Shown here: positions 39,854 to 50,070 of the stretch, in pieces
Layout: every line of letters starts with the position of its first letter
How positions within the stretch are numbered: position 1 is the stretch's first letter
Assembly (NCBI GenBank): GCA_038243585.1
Contig: JBBSQY010000004.1
Span: 32,001-96,000, forward strand
DNA length: 64,000 nt
From: Candidatus Sumerlaeales bacterium
Lineage (GTDB): Bacteria > Sumerlaeota > Sumerlaeia > Sumerlaeales > Sumerlaeaceae
Direction: 5' to 3'
Translations under genes and position numbers: made by a program
Notes under the pieces: generated by a model
What the model saw: only the letters and a program-made list of their open reading frames with translations
What the model was told of the DNA's origin: nothing
Databases searched by the model: none

Positions 39854-41152
39854 TTGACCCCCGAAATTCCGTTTGAATGGCATATTAAACGCGCCGCACT
39901 GCTTAGCACCGGTTCAGAAATCCTGCAGGGTCAGTATGCCGATTCCAATGCGCGTTATCTGGCGGAGAAGCTTACCCTGGCGGGCGTGACTGTTACCGCT
40001 ATCATTTCTGCGCCAGATGATCCACAGGCGATTGAAAAGGCCTTGTGTTTTGCGGCCGCCAACGCAGACCTGGTTATATGCACCGGCGGCCTTGGTCCGA
40101 CCCTCGACGACGTCAACCGCTTCGTATTTGAACGGGTGTTTCAGCGCCCACTGTGTCGCGACGAAGTCGCCATCGAGGGCATGGGCCGCCGTTTCCTTAC
40201 CAGCGGCAAGGGGCCCATGCCCGAGGCCAACGAAGTGCAGGCCTTGCTGCCAGAGGGATGCGTGCCACTGTATAACCGCTGGGGCACAGCGCCCGGCTTT
40301 CTCATCGCGCCGGATGGCCGGGGCGATCTCCCGTGCTGTGGCCTCCTGGCACTCCCAGGTCCACCGTCAGAAATGATGCCGATGCTCGATCAGCTCGCAA
40401 TGCCCGCACTTAGGAAATATCTCTCTGCCGCACGCATCGGCGGCATTCGAACAATCCATACTTACGGCCACCCGGAATCTCTTATCGGGAGTTTGATTGC
40501 GGATCTGTTTCAGCCATCGCCGGGGATTGAATTCACCATTTTGGCCAAGCAGCATGGGGTTGATCTTCGGATTCGGGCCATGGCGGATTCGCAGGGGGAA
40601 GTTGATGAAATGCTGGCGAATTACGAGCAGCAGGTACGGGTGCGCCTGGATCCGGCGATGATTTATGGTTTGGACGATGACACCCTTGCCAGTGCGGTAG
40701 GCAAACTTCTGAAAGAGCGGGGCGCGTGGGTGACGACTGCGGAATCATGTACCGGCGGCCTGGTGGCCCAGATGCTGACAGATGTGGCGGGCAGTTCCGC
40801 CTACGTTGGCGAATGTCACGTGACCTATAGTAACACAGCAAAAACCCGCGTGCTGGGGGTTAAACCAGAAACGCTCGATGCGGTGGGAGCCGTCAGCGAA
40901 GAGGTCGCGATAGAAATGGCGGAGGGCGCGCGGCGGGTCAGCGGCGCGGATTATGCCATCTCCGTGACAGGGGTAGCCGGACCTGATGGCGGAACGCCGG
41001 GTAAGCCTGTAGGACTCGTTTACATTTCCGTAGCCGGCCCCGGAGGCGCAGCCACAACAAAAAACCACTTCCAGGGAAACCGGGCAGGAAACCGCCTCCA
41101 ATCCGCGCAGACCGCATTAAACATGATTCGCCTGATCCTGACGGCCAAGTAA
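39854..41152 (+). CDS. cinA: competence/damage-inducible CinA (MoCF + PncC)
   Basis: GSEIL.G...DSN, TGGLGPT.DD, GTAPG, LPGPP.EM, TAESCTGG, GAVSEEVA.EMA. Confidence 0.93.
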   Translation: MTPEIPFEWHIKRAALLSTGSEILQGQYADSNARYLAEKLTLAGVTVTAIISAPDDPQAIEKALCFAAANADLVICTGGLGPTLDDVNRFVFERVFQRPLCRDEVAIEGMGRRFLTSGKGPMPEANEVQALLPEGCVPLYNRWGTAPGFLIAPDGRGDLPCCGLLALPGPPSEMMPMLDQLAMPALRKYLSAARIGGIRTIHTYGHPESLIGSLIADLFQPSPGIEFTILAKQHGVDLRIRAMADSQGEVDEMLANYEQQVRVRLDPAMIYGLDDDTLASAVGKLLKERGAWVTTAESCTGGLVAQMLTDVAGSSAYVGECHVTYSNTAKTRVLGVKPETLDAVGAVSEEVAIEMAEGARRVSGADYAISVTGVAGPDGGTPGKPVGLVYISVAGPGGAATTKNHFQGNRAGNRLQSAQTALNMIRLILTAK

Positions 41153-41301
41153 CCGGCAGGAGCCCATGCGAAAGACTCCGGCCTTAAACGTTTCGTACCG
41201 CTCTTTAAAATTTCCCGGTCAATGTTCGATTCCGTCGCGTAACTTGGACGCCGAATCATTTTCTGCTTGCGACAGCGGTTTTCGGATTGGATTTGTTGAT
41301 T

Positions 41302-41787
41302 ATGATTACACTGGATACCCTCATTGATCAAAGCCTTGGCACTCGCCAGGTGCTTGTTAAACTATTTAAAAGCATTCCCATTGAACAGGCCGACGCTATG
41401 CCACCGACCTGGCACAACAATGCCCGCTGGCATGCGGGGCATCTTTTGGTCACGCCTTGTATGCTGACCTACGGGATTTTAAAAGAGCCGCTACCCGTCC
41501 CGGACGAATATCGCCGGTGGTTTGCAAAGGGAAGCAGTCCGTCTGATTGGGGCGATGATCCTCTGCCGGTTTATAACGACCTTGTCGACGATATCGTACC
41601 TTTGAGCGGTCGCCTGTTTGACGCGATGAAAGATCGCGGCGACGAACCATTTCTTGAGCCCTATACGACTTCGCTCAACGTCATCCTTAGAACGCCGGCG
41701 GACGCATTGAATTTCAGCATGATGCACGATGGAATTCATCTCGGGATGCTATTAGCCCTGACGCGGGCTTTGCAGGTTTCCCATTAA
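41302..41787 (+). CDS. DinB family protein
   Basis: NNARWHAGHL, HDGIHLG. Confidence 0.8.
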   Translation: MITLDTLIDQSLGTRQVLVKLFKSIPIEQADAMPPTWHNNARWHAGHLLVTPCMLTYGILKEPLPVPDEYRRWFAKGSSPSDWGDDPLPVYNDLVDDIVPLSGRLFDAMKDRGDEPFLEPYTTSLNVILRTPADALNFSMMHDGIHLGMLLALTRALQVSH

Positions 41788-41892
41788 AGAAGCTGCACGG
41801 GATTGTTTTCACCAGTTGGTGTGTAGGCGTAACCCTCTATCAGGGAAAGCGCCAGTTTCGCCAGGAGAGTATCCGGTAACGGTTTTTAATTA

Positions 41893-42993
41893 ATGATTCG
41901 CGTAGACAATCTGATAAAACAATTTGGCGACGTGCGCGCCGTGGACGGTCTGTCTTTTGAGTTGTTCCAAGGCGAAATCTTGGGATTTCTTGGTCCGAAC
42001 GGCGCCGGCAAAACCACGACCATGCGCATACTTACCTGCTACTTTCCGCCTACTGCGGGAAAAGCTACGGTGGCGGGTTTCGATGTTCTAAATGAGCCAG
42101 ACGAGGTTCGCCGTGTAATCGGGTATATGCCGGAGGGCGTGCCGCTTTACCGGGATATGACGGTCACAGACATCCTGGACTTCGTCGCTCACTCCAAGGG
42201 ATTTGGTCGGCGCGACCGCAAAAATTTTGTCGCCAATGCCATCGAAGAAACCAACCTTGGTGAGGTGCGCCATCGCATGGTGGGCCAACTCTCCAAAGGA
42301 TTCCGCCAGCGGGTCGGTCTGGCCCAGGCGATTATTGGAAACCCAAAAGTTTTGATTCTGGACGAGCCAACCTCCGGTCTTGATCCACGGCAGATCGCGG
42401 ACATGCGGGAGCTTATCAAAAGAATGGCGGGCGAGCGTACCGTCATCTTAAGCACCCATATTTTGCCTGAAGTTCAGATGACCTGCTCTCGGGTAATTAT
42501 TATTAATCGTGGCAAAATTGCCGCCAGCGGCACCCCGGAAAAGCTTACCACCAGGGTACAGAATCGTTTTCAGGCCGTGGCCTGCATCATTGGTCCGCAA
42601 GAGGCCGTGGTCCGGAGCCTGCGGGCGTTACCGGGCGTGCGCGATGTCCATGTTGGACCGGGGGGCGAAGTTCGCGGCGTCAGCGGGCGTGCTGCGGAAT
42701 ATACGATAACGAGCGGAATCGAAGTACCAGATGTGCGCCCGGCAATTGTTCAGGCATCCGTTCAAAACAACTGGACCCTCGTCGAGCTTCGCGAACTGGG
42801 CATGAGCCTCGAAGATGTCTTCCTGAAAATCGTTGCCGGCGAAGCTGGCTCGGAAGCGGCCGGCGGCAGTGGAATTGCCGCCCGTGCTGCGACGGCCTCA
42901 ATCAATGATACGGCCCCGCAAGCCTCTAATACTCCGGAAGGGCTTACTGCGGCCGCTGCCGATCAAATTTCCGAGAAGAAGAGCGACGTCTAA
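41893..42993 (+). CDS. ABC transporter ATP-binding protein (GldA-like)
   Basis: GPNGAGKTT, LSKGFRQRVGLAQA, LDEPTSGLDP, STHILPEV. Confidence 0.92.
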   Translation: MIRVDNLIKQFGDVRAVDGLSFELFQGEILGFLGPNGAGKTTTMRILTCYFPPTAGKATVAGFDVLNEPDEVRRVIGYMPEGVPLYRDMTVTDILDFVAHSKGFGRRDRKNFVANAIEETNLGEVRHRMVGQLSKGFRQRVGLAQAIIGNPKVLILDEPTSGLDPRQIADMRELIKRMAGERTVILSTHILPEVQMTCSRVIIINRGKIAASGTPEKLTTRVQNRFQAVACIIGPQEAVVRSLRALPGVRDVHVGPGGEVRGVSGRAAEYTITSGIEVPDVRPAIVQASVQNNWTLVELRELGMSLEDVFLKIVAGEAGSEAAGGSGIAARAATASINDTAPQASNTPEGLTAAAADQISEKKSDV

Positions 42994-43772
42994 TGAACCC
43001 GTTTAAGTTCTTCCCCATTTATCGACGCGAACTGAAAAGTTATATTACGTCGCCAACCGTTTACGTGTGTGTGGCGCTGTTTCTGTTTATGAGTGGTTTA
43101 ATATTTTATGGTATTATGAACGATTTCAGCCATGCCAGTTCCGACGTTGAATACCGTCAGGAAAACGGCATCGACACCCTGAATTTTACGCTGCTGGTCG
43201 TTCGCCAGATGTTCTTTGCACTGAACTTCCTGTTGATCTTCATAGTTCCCATCTTTACCATGCGCCAACTGGCAGAAGAAAAGAAAACCGGCACATTTGA
43301 ATTGCTGAAATCCCTGCCGTTTACTGACTGGAATATCGTCATCGCGAAATTCCTGTCAGCGTATACTGTCGTGGCGGGCATGTTGATCCTTAGCGGATAT
43401 TACACGCTTTTGATGATGCGTTTTGGTGATCCGGAATTGCTGGTGGTTGGTGTGGCTATGATTGGCGCGCTGCTGGCATCGGCCGCATACACGGCAATTG
43501 GTCTTTTTGCATCCGCCCTCACCGAAAATCAGATTGTATCCGCTATTGTCGGCTTCGTGCTTCTGCTGTTTTTCTTCCTGGCCGGCGAGTTCATCCCGCC
43601 CTCAAGCCAGGGTCTGGGCCGTGTTCTTGAGCTCCTCAGTATGCGTTACCATACCGACCAGTTCGCGCGCGGGCTTCTTCGTCTGGAAGACGCCGCGTAC
43701 TTCCTGCTGCTGGTTGTCATATTTTTGTTTCTCACAACACGTATTCTTGAGCTGCGCCGGTGGAGAGTATAA
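42993..43772 (+). CDS. ABC transporter permease (GldF-like)
   Basis: RRELKSY, TMR.LAEEKKTGT.ELL, SALTENQIV. Confidence 0.88.
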   Translation: MNPFKFFPIYRRELKSYITSPTVYVCVALFLFMSGLIFYGIMNDFSHASSDVEYRQENGIDTLNFTLLVVRQMFFALNFLLIFIVPIFTMRQLAEEKKTGTFELLKSLPFTDWNIVIAKFLSAYTVVAGMLILSGYYTLLMMRFGDPELLVVGVAMIGALLASAAYTAIGLFASALTENQIVSAIVGFVLLLFFFLAGEFIPPSSQGLGRVLELLSMRYHTDQFARGLLRLEDAAYFLLLVVIFLFLTTRILELRRWRV

Positions 43773-45424
43773 TGGAAGACGTTAAATCCACAAAACCAGC
43801 GCGTAAATCCTTTGGCAATAATCAGCAGCAGATACTGCTGTTTGCCGGCATGGTTCTGTTTCTTACGGGCCTGGTAGCCACGGCCCTGTTGGGGCAGTTT
43901 AATATTATTACGTCTGCGCTTTGTATCCTCGGTATCGTAATCGGATCGGTGGTTTTTCTTCCAAGATTTACTCGAAACTTGCCTGTCTACGCCAACATGG
44001 CGCTGTACTCGTTTTTCTTTTGCGCAGCCGCTGTCGTTTTCTTTATGATTTTGCAGAAGCACCCGCTGACTTTTGACGCCACTAAAAGCCGTAATTTCAG
44101 TTTAAGCACGGTTACTTCTAACTTTCTGGAGCGGCTGGATCAGCCTATCCGGGCGACGGTTTTTGTAAGCAGCAAGCAGGATCGGAATTCCGCCAGCCTA
44201 CTGCTGGGCGAATACAGCCGCTATTCTCCCCAGTTCGACTATCGCATTGTCGATCCGTTTCTGGAAACCGGCGTTGCCCGTGAGTACGGCGCTGAAATCC
44301 TTCCCGGTGAAATGTACCTCGAGCGCATGACCACTGACACCCAGCGCGCAGATCACACTGTAAAGGTCGGCAAGCTGACAGAAGAGCAACTGACAAATGG
44401 TATTGTTCAGTTACTTCGTGGCCGTGATCTAACCCTCTATTTTACCGTAGGCCATGGAGAACCGGCCTTGGCGGAAGACAAAATCACAGCGGTTATGCGC
44501 GGACAAAACACTGATCCTGACAACCTGCAAAACCTGTCAGATCAGCTGAGCAGGGCATATGTCCAGGCAGTGCCTTTAGAACTGGACCGCCGTCAGAGCG
44601 TTCCGGCTGACGCCTCCGCCGTGGTGATCGTGCGTCCGCGAATCGATTTCGACAGCGTGGAAACCCGGGCGCTTCGGGCTTATCTGGAGCGCGGTGGTCG
44701 TGTAATGTTCCTGTTAAATCCCGATATTCCGCAGATCGGTAATGAAATCCGAACAGCCCTCGTTAATCTTGGGTCCGTTATAGAACAGTTCGGAATTCAG
44801 CTTCCTCCTGACGCAGTGGTGATGCCCCTCGCGAAGCAGCAGGGCCAAAGCATAATGATAACGCCTGCTATAGCAAAAGAACATCGCATTACGCAAGGCT
44901 TGCCGACGGATAAGGCTATTTTGAATTTTGAACAGGCACGTCCCGTGACGCAGGGTACAGCACCGCGCAATACCTTCCTTGAGACGTTTCTTGTTTCTGG
45001 CCCCGAGGCCTGGCCATTCCCGATCGAAGAACTTCGGCGGGTTTTCGTCACCCGAACTGAACCCAAAATTACTCCTGACATGGATGATTTGAAATCCATA
45101 CCTCTCGGGGTTGTAGCCACCCAGGTACGACCTGCCACAGGAGAAAAAGGCGCCGCCAAAGTGATGGTGGTTGGCAACGGCAGCTTTTTAACCAGCCGTT
45201 ACCTTACGGATCAGGGCTGGATGATGTTTATGAACGGCGTTAACTGGCTTACGGACTCCGGAGAACTGATCGCCATTCCCAGCGCAGAAATTGAAAATAC
45301 CCCGGCTATACTGACCCCGGGCCAGAGACAGTTCCTGTTTATACTTGTTGTTATCGCCGTCCCTACCCTGATTGCCCTTGGGGGTCTTGGCTACTCTATA
45401 GCAAGAAGGGGCGCGTTAAAATGA
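43772..45424 (+). CDS. ABC transporter accessory protein (GldG-like)
   Basis: D.T....SLS..T, EEQLTNGI, YFTVGHGE, YLERGGRV, NGVNWL, C-terminal TM. Confidence 0.82.
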   Translation: MEDVKSTKPARKSFGNNQQQILLFAGMVLFLTGLVATALLGQFNIITSALCILGIVIGSVVFLPRFTRNLPVYANMALYSFFFCAAAVVFFMILQKHPLTFDATKSRNFSLSTVTSNFLERLDQPIRATVFVSSKQDRNSASLLLGEYSRYSPQFDYRIVDPFLETGVAREYGAEILPGEMYLERMTTDTQRADHTVKVGKLTEEQLTNGIVQLLRGRDLTLYFTVGHGEPALAEDKITAVMRGQNTDPDNLQNLSDQLSRAYVQAVPLELDRRQSVPADASAVVIVRPRIDFDSVETRALRAYLERGGRVMFLLNPDIPQIGNEIRTALVNLGSVIEQFGIQLPPDAVVMPLAKQQGQSIMITPAIAKEHRITQGLPTDKAILNFEQARPVTQGTAPRNTFLETFLVSGPEAWPFPIEELRRVFVTRTEPKITPDMDDLKSIPLGVVATQVRPATGEKGAAKVMVVGNGSFLTSRYLTDQGWMMFMNGVNWLTDSGELIAIPSAEIENTPAILTPGQRQFLFILVVIAVPTLIALGGLGYSIARRGALK

Positions 45425-47223
45425 GTTGGAAGCGCAGCATTCTCTCTTTCATAATCCTTGTCCTGATGGTAATGGCACTGTTTCTGGATAGCCAGATACT
45501 TCGAAACAAAACTATTCGCGCCGTGCGCGACGCCAGTCTGGCCGACAGCGTGGATATAAGCGCGGTGGACCAGATTATCCTAAAAAACGCCCAGGGCTCA
45601 GTCCGTTTGGTGCGTACAACAGTAGGGTGGCGAATGAAGGAGCCAGTTGACGCTCCCGCCGATGGGGAAGTGGTGGATACGGTACTTACAAACGTTACCT
45701 CCGCCCGTCGCCGTAACCCTGTAGACGCTAAGAATCTAGCCCAGTATGGTCTTGCTACACCCGAAGTTCAGCTGACACTTGTTTCTCAGGAAGGCAAGTT
45801 CGGGGACTGGGGCACCAGTTTTGGTATTGAGCTTGGATACGACTCCGTGTATACAGGACAGGTGTTCGGACGGTATCCGGTCTCTAACGAGGTTTTCACT
45901 GTCAGCGAGCACGTAAAAAACACGCTTTTGCGTTCCCCTCTCGATTTCCGCCGGTCGCGGCTTCTGGATGTGGACACCGGAAACCTGGAGCAATATCAGT
46001 CTTTTGAAATTACAATGCCCGACGACGGCGGCGTAAAGCTGGTCAATCAAAAGGGCGGATGGCAGATCGCCGAACCTATCCAGGCGACTGCGGAAAAAGC
46101 CATAGTGAGCGAATACTTTAATCGTCTTGGCGTGCTTCGCGCAATGGGTTATGTCAGCCAGGAGGGGGATCGCCCCACCAGCATGGCTGCCGCGCTGGAG
46201 GCCCTCAGCAGTCCAACGTTATCGCTAACATTGACCGGCCAGGCCGGCTCTCGCCCTCAGCAACTTAATGTTGCGCTGGCGGAAGGTCCTGATGGTCCTG
46301 TATACGTGGCGCAGCATCCGGGCGAAGAGGAAATCATGGCCCTTAGCAGCGAAACCGTAACAGAAATCCGACGCAACAGCCAGTATTTCCGTTCTAGAGA
46401 TTTGTTTACTATGAAAGTGGACGACGTGGGCCTGTTTACTATCCAGATCGCCCGCGCCGCGCCGACTGCCCTTATACGCAACGAGCAGAACATGTGGGAA
46501 CTTGTTGGGGATCAGGAATTTAGAATTAACCAGCAGTCGTTAAACGAACGCCTGGCGGCTCTTACCAGTTTGCGCATTGTAGACTATGTGGATTCGAATC
46601 CGGTTGATCTGGCGAACTATGGGCTGGATAATCCCCGGATCCGGTTTAATATGACCAGCAAAGACAAAACAAAAACCGAAAGCCTGGAAGTAGGCGGCTC
46701 ACAGGGAGACGTCGGTGGACCTAGTTTCGCGCGTAGCTCCACGGATAAGGGAATCTTCACCGTGCAAATGTCCCGCGATATGTTTATCCTCGCCAGCGAA
46801 ATAGCGGACAAGAATTTTGCCGCGGTAGATTTAACCCGCCTCGCAAAAGTGGAGTTGGACATAGACGGGGAAACTTACGAAGTGAAGCGGGAGGGCAACG
46901 AATGGAAACTGTTGAAGCCATCCCAAAGCACCTACTCAACTCTTGATCTGCGCGAGATCGGGACTATACTGACAATGGTTAATGGGCTGGAATATACGGA
47001 AGACATAACCGGTTCAAGCCAGGTGGTTGTCGCCCCGGATAAGGGCCCGGCCATATCGGTGAGATTCTATGGGCAAAACGACGCGCCTCTGAACGAGATG
47101 AACGTGACGGCCCGCATAAATAGAACTACGACCCTTGTCACCAACGGGCGCGAGCGAACCTTTGAGGTGTCTACGCCTGCTATCGAGCAGCTCTATGCCG
47201 CGGCCAAAAGCCTGGTCCGCTAG
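45421..47223 (+). CDS. DUF4340-repeat exported protein
   Basis: N-terminal TM; repeated W.m.eP..a.A and LA.YGL..P motifs; follows a GldG-like gene. Confidence 0.75.
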   Translation: MSWKRSILSFIILVLMVMALFLDSQILRNKTIRAVRDASLADSVDISAVDQIILKNAQGSVRLVRTTVGWRMKEPVDAPADGEVVDTVLTNVTSARRRNPVDAKNLAQYGLATPEVQLTLVSQEGKFGDWGTSFGIELGYDSVYTGQVFGRYPVSNEVFTVSEHVKNTLLRSPLDFRRSRLLDVDTGNLEQYQSFEITMPDDGGVKLVNQKGGWQIAEPIQATAEKAIVSEYFNRLGVLRAMGYVSQEGDRPTSMAAALEALSSPTLSLTLTGQAGSRPQQLNVALAEGPDGPVYVAQHPGEEEIMALSSETVTEIRRNSQYFRSRDLFTMKVDDVGLFTIQIARAAPTALIRNEQNMWELVGDQEFRINQQSLNERLAALTSLRIVDYVDSNPVDLANYGLDNPRIRFNMTSKDKTKTESLEVGGSQGDVGGPSFARSSTDKGIFTVQMSRDMFILASEIADKNFAAVDLTRLAKVELDIDGETYEVKREGNEWKLLKPSQSTYSTLDLREIGTILTMVNGLEYTEDITGSSQVVVAPDKGPAISVRFYGQNDAPLNEMNVTARINRTTTLVTNGRERTFEVSTPAIEQLYAAAKSLVR

Positions 47224-47399
47224 TGAAAGCCTAACGGCACTAAATCGTATAAACTTAAAAGATGGATCAAGATAGTTGCCGGCAACTTCCCACCATTTCC
47301 TGAATAAATTGAACCGCTGGTTATGCAATGTAGGGATATAATTGTCTGCCCCATATCCATCGGACGCAGCGAAATTTAAACGGAGAATTAAGCGACATT

Positions 47400-49268
47400 A
47401 TGAGTACAGTATCTACCCAGGAAGCTCCTTCCAGCCATCCTCTGGCCGGCAAACAAATGAAGGGCGCTGAAATGATCGTCCAGGTATTGGCCGACGAGGG
47501 CGTAGATACTATTTTCGGATACTCTGGCGGGGCAATTCTTCCGACCTATGATGCCGTCTTTACTCATAACGCTGCTAACCGGGGAAATACTGCCACCGGC
47601 AAGGATCCTATTCGTCTTATCGTTCCCGCCAATGAGCAGGGAGCAGGGTTTATGGCCGCAGGCTATGCTCGCGCCTCGGGCAAGGTCGGCGTTTTCCTGG
47701 TGACCAGTGGCCCTGGTGCGACTAACTGCGTCACTCCTATACGCGACAGCATGGCGGACTCTGTGCCTGTTGTTTTGATCTGTGGCCAGGTTCCAACTGC
47801 CGCCATCGGCAGCGATGCCTTCCAGGAAGCTCCCGTTTACAACATTATGAGCTCCTGCGCGAAACACTGCTTCCTCGTTAAGGATCCCTCGGAGCTGGAA
47901 GCGACTGTACGCACGGCGTTCCATATTGCCCGCAGCGGTCGTCCCGGTCCTGTAGTGATCGATGTTCCAAAAGATGTTCAGAACTGGGTCGGCGCGTATC
48001 AGGGCGCTGGCGTGCTTCCGAACAGAGGCTGGCAGCATCGCATGGACAAGCTGGCAGAATCTCGCGTATCCCGTGAACGGGCCGAGTCGTTCTTCAAGAT
48101 GCTGTCCCAGAGCGAACGTCCTCTGATTTATGCGGGCGGGGGCGTTATCGCTTCAAACGCCGCTGAGGAGCTGCGGGCTTTCGCCAATCAGTTTCAGATC
48201 CCCGTGGTAACCACTCTTATGGGTCTGAGTGGCATGGATACGACGGACCGTCTTTCCATGGGAATGCTCGGTATGCACGGCGCCGCTTATGCCAATTACT
48301 CTGTAGAAGACTGTGACTTTCTCATCGCACTTGGCAGCCGCTTCGATGATCGCGTGGCCGGAAAAGTGCATGAATTTGCCCCGAACGCGCGTCATATCGC
48401 GCACATAGATATCGACGCCGCCGAAATCGGCAAGGTTAAAATGGTTCACTGGAGCCATATTGGTGATGCTAAACGAGCGTTGATCGATCTCATGGAATAT
48501 GGCCGCAACTTCACCAAAGATTATTCTCCATGGGTAGACCATGTTAACGGACTGAAACAAGAATACGGTTTTAAATACGACACAACCAGCGAACACGTTC
48601 AGCCATACTTCGTCCTGGAAACCCTAACGAAAATTACAAATGGCGATGCAATTATTTCCACTGGCGTTGGTCAGCATCAGATGTGGGCCGCTCAATACAT
48701 TAACTATAAGCACCCACGTACGTGGCTGACCAGCGGCAGCATGGGCACCATGGGCTTCGGTTTGCCCGCCGCTATAGGTGCGCAAATTGCCTGTCCTGAC
48801 AAGGTGGTAATCGATGTGGACGGCGATGGTTCTATACGCATGAACCTGGGCGAGCTGGAAACCCTTACCAACTACGACATTCCTGTTAAGGTGTTGCTCC
48901 TTAACAACATGGGCGATGGCATGGTGCGTCAGTGGCAGAAGCTATACTTCGATCAGCGCTTCAGCGGCAGTGACAAAACCCTTCACAAAAAGAATTTTGT
49001 GAAGGCGGCAGAGGCAGATGGTTTCGGCTTCGCGCGACGCGTCACGAAGAACGACGAAGTGGAAAGTGCTCTTCGTGAGTTTATCGCCCATGACGGTGCT
49101 GCTTTTCTTGAAGTCATGATTGATCCTGACGCAGGCGTATATCCAATGGTTGGACCAGGCATGGGATACAAAGAAATGGTGACGGGTGATTGGATCAAGT
49201 GCCGCCCTGCACCGAAAAAGGTTGGCGCTGAACCTATTGATATGACAACTATTCCCGACCTCTTTTAA
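47400..49268 (+). CDS. ilvB: acetolactate synthase large subunit
   Basis: FGYSGGAILP, TSGPGATN, AFQE, GMLGMHG, RFDDRV, GQHQMW, GTMGFGLPAA, DGDGS, MVRQWQ. Confidence 0.95.
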   Translation: MSTVSTQEAPSSHPLAGKQMKGAEMIVQVLADEGVDTIFGYSGGAILPTYDAVFTHNAANRGNTATGKDPIRLIVPANEQGAGFMAAGYARASGKVGVFLVTSGPGATNCVTPIRDSMADSVPVVLICGQVPTAAIGSDAFQEAPVYNIMSSCAKHCFLVKDPSELEATVRTAFHIARSGRPGPVVIDVPKDVQNWVGAYQGAGVLPNRGWQHRMDKLAESRVSRERAESFFKMLSQSERPLIYAGGGVIASNAAEELRAFANQFQIPVVTTLMGLSGMDTTDRLSMGMLGMHGAAYANYSVEDCDFLIALGSRFDDRVAGKVHEFAPNARHIAHIDIDAAEIGKVKMVHWSHIGDAKRALIDLMEYGRNFTKDYSPWVDHVNGLKQEYGFKYDTTSEHVQPYFVLETLTKITNGDAIISTGVGQHQMWAAQYINYKHPRTWLTSGSMGTMGFGLPAAIGAQIACPDKVVIDVDGDGSIRMNLGELETLTNYDIPVKVLLLNNMGDGMVRQWQKLYFDQRFSGSDKTLHKKNFVKAAEADGFGFARRVTKNDEVESALREFIAHDGAAFLEVMIDPDAGVYPMVGPGMGYKEMVTGDWIKCRPAPKKVGAEPIDMTTIPDLF

Positions 49269-49338
49269 TTGCTACCTGGCTTCTGCCAGGCCGGATATTC
49301 TTCCATCAGAATCACTGCAATTTTGAACCAGAAAATAA

Positions 49339-50070
49339 ATGAGAACAACCATGCCGAGACCAAAACTAAAATATTTCATACAGTGCGACAGCGTTCAGAA
49401 CGACAATGGCAAGTTTAGCGCTGTTGGCATTTTCGACACGATATTTTCATTTATTTTTCCGGCGAACCATAAGCAGTTTTATCTGTTGGCAGGTTTCAGC
49501 GGTGAACCGGGTAGCCATCGTTTGGAACTCCAGGTTAGTGGACCAGATGGGCGCGTTCTCGGCAACACCACCGGGGATTTAAAGCTGGATAATGCCGACA
49601 ATGTTGCAAACGTTGTTTTCGGATTTGAAAGTTTTCCGCTACCAGCGGAGGGTCGGTACACCCTTTCCCTCTTCATGGACGGCGACTTTGTAGTTGAACA
49701 TGGTTTTACGGCAAGGCCGCCGTTCCCGCGCCGCGCCCGCACGCCTGCGGAGATTACCGCGTTACTGGCCCAGCAGGATGTTATCCGCAGCGCAAACGCT
49801 GACGTGCAGTGCCAGCGGTGCCGCGCCGCTTATAAATTCCAGCTCCAGCTCGACCCCAAGGCGGCCGTAGACACTGGCTATGCGCCGTTGCCGCCCGGTA
49901 AAACCTTTCTTTGCGGCCAGTGCGGAAATGAAATCCCGCTCGTCCAGGTTCGGCAAAATCTGGAAAATATCGTAGGCATACCGCGCCAGTGGTTGTCACC
50001 TCAGTCCGATGTGCCTACTGCCAATGTTGTAGAGCACCCCGCCAGCATTCCTGACTCAGAGAAAAATTGA
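49339..50070 (+). CDS. hypothetical protein, DUF6941-like beta domain plus Zn ribbon
   Basis: CD.V....GK.S.VGIFDTI...FPA; CQRC...CGQC. Confidence 0.6.
   Translation: MRTTMPRPKLKYFIQCDSVQNDNGKFSAVGIFDTIFSFIFPANHKQFYLLAGFSGEPGSHRLELQVSGPDGRVLGNTTGDLKLDNADNVANVVFGFESFPLPAEGRYTLSLFMDGDFVVEHGFTARPPFPRRARTPAEITALLAQQDVIRSANADVQCQRCRAAYKFQLQLDPKAAVDTGYAPLPPGKTFLCGQCGNEIPLVQVRQNLENIVGIPRQWLSPQSDVPTANVVEHPASIPDSEKN

Noticed and set aside
47274..47287. Perfect palindrome AGTTGCCGGCAACT upstream of ilvB
   Set aside because: Single occurrence with no assignable regulator; insufficient support
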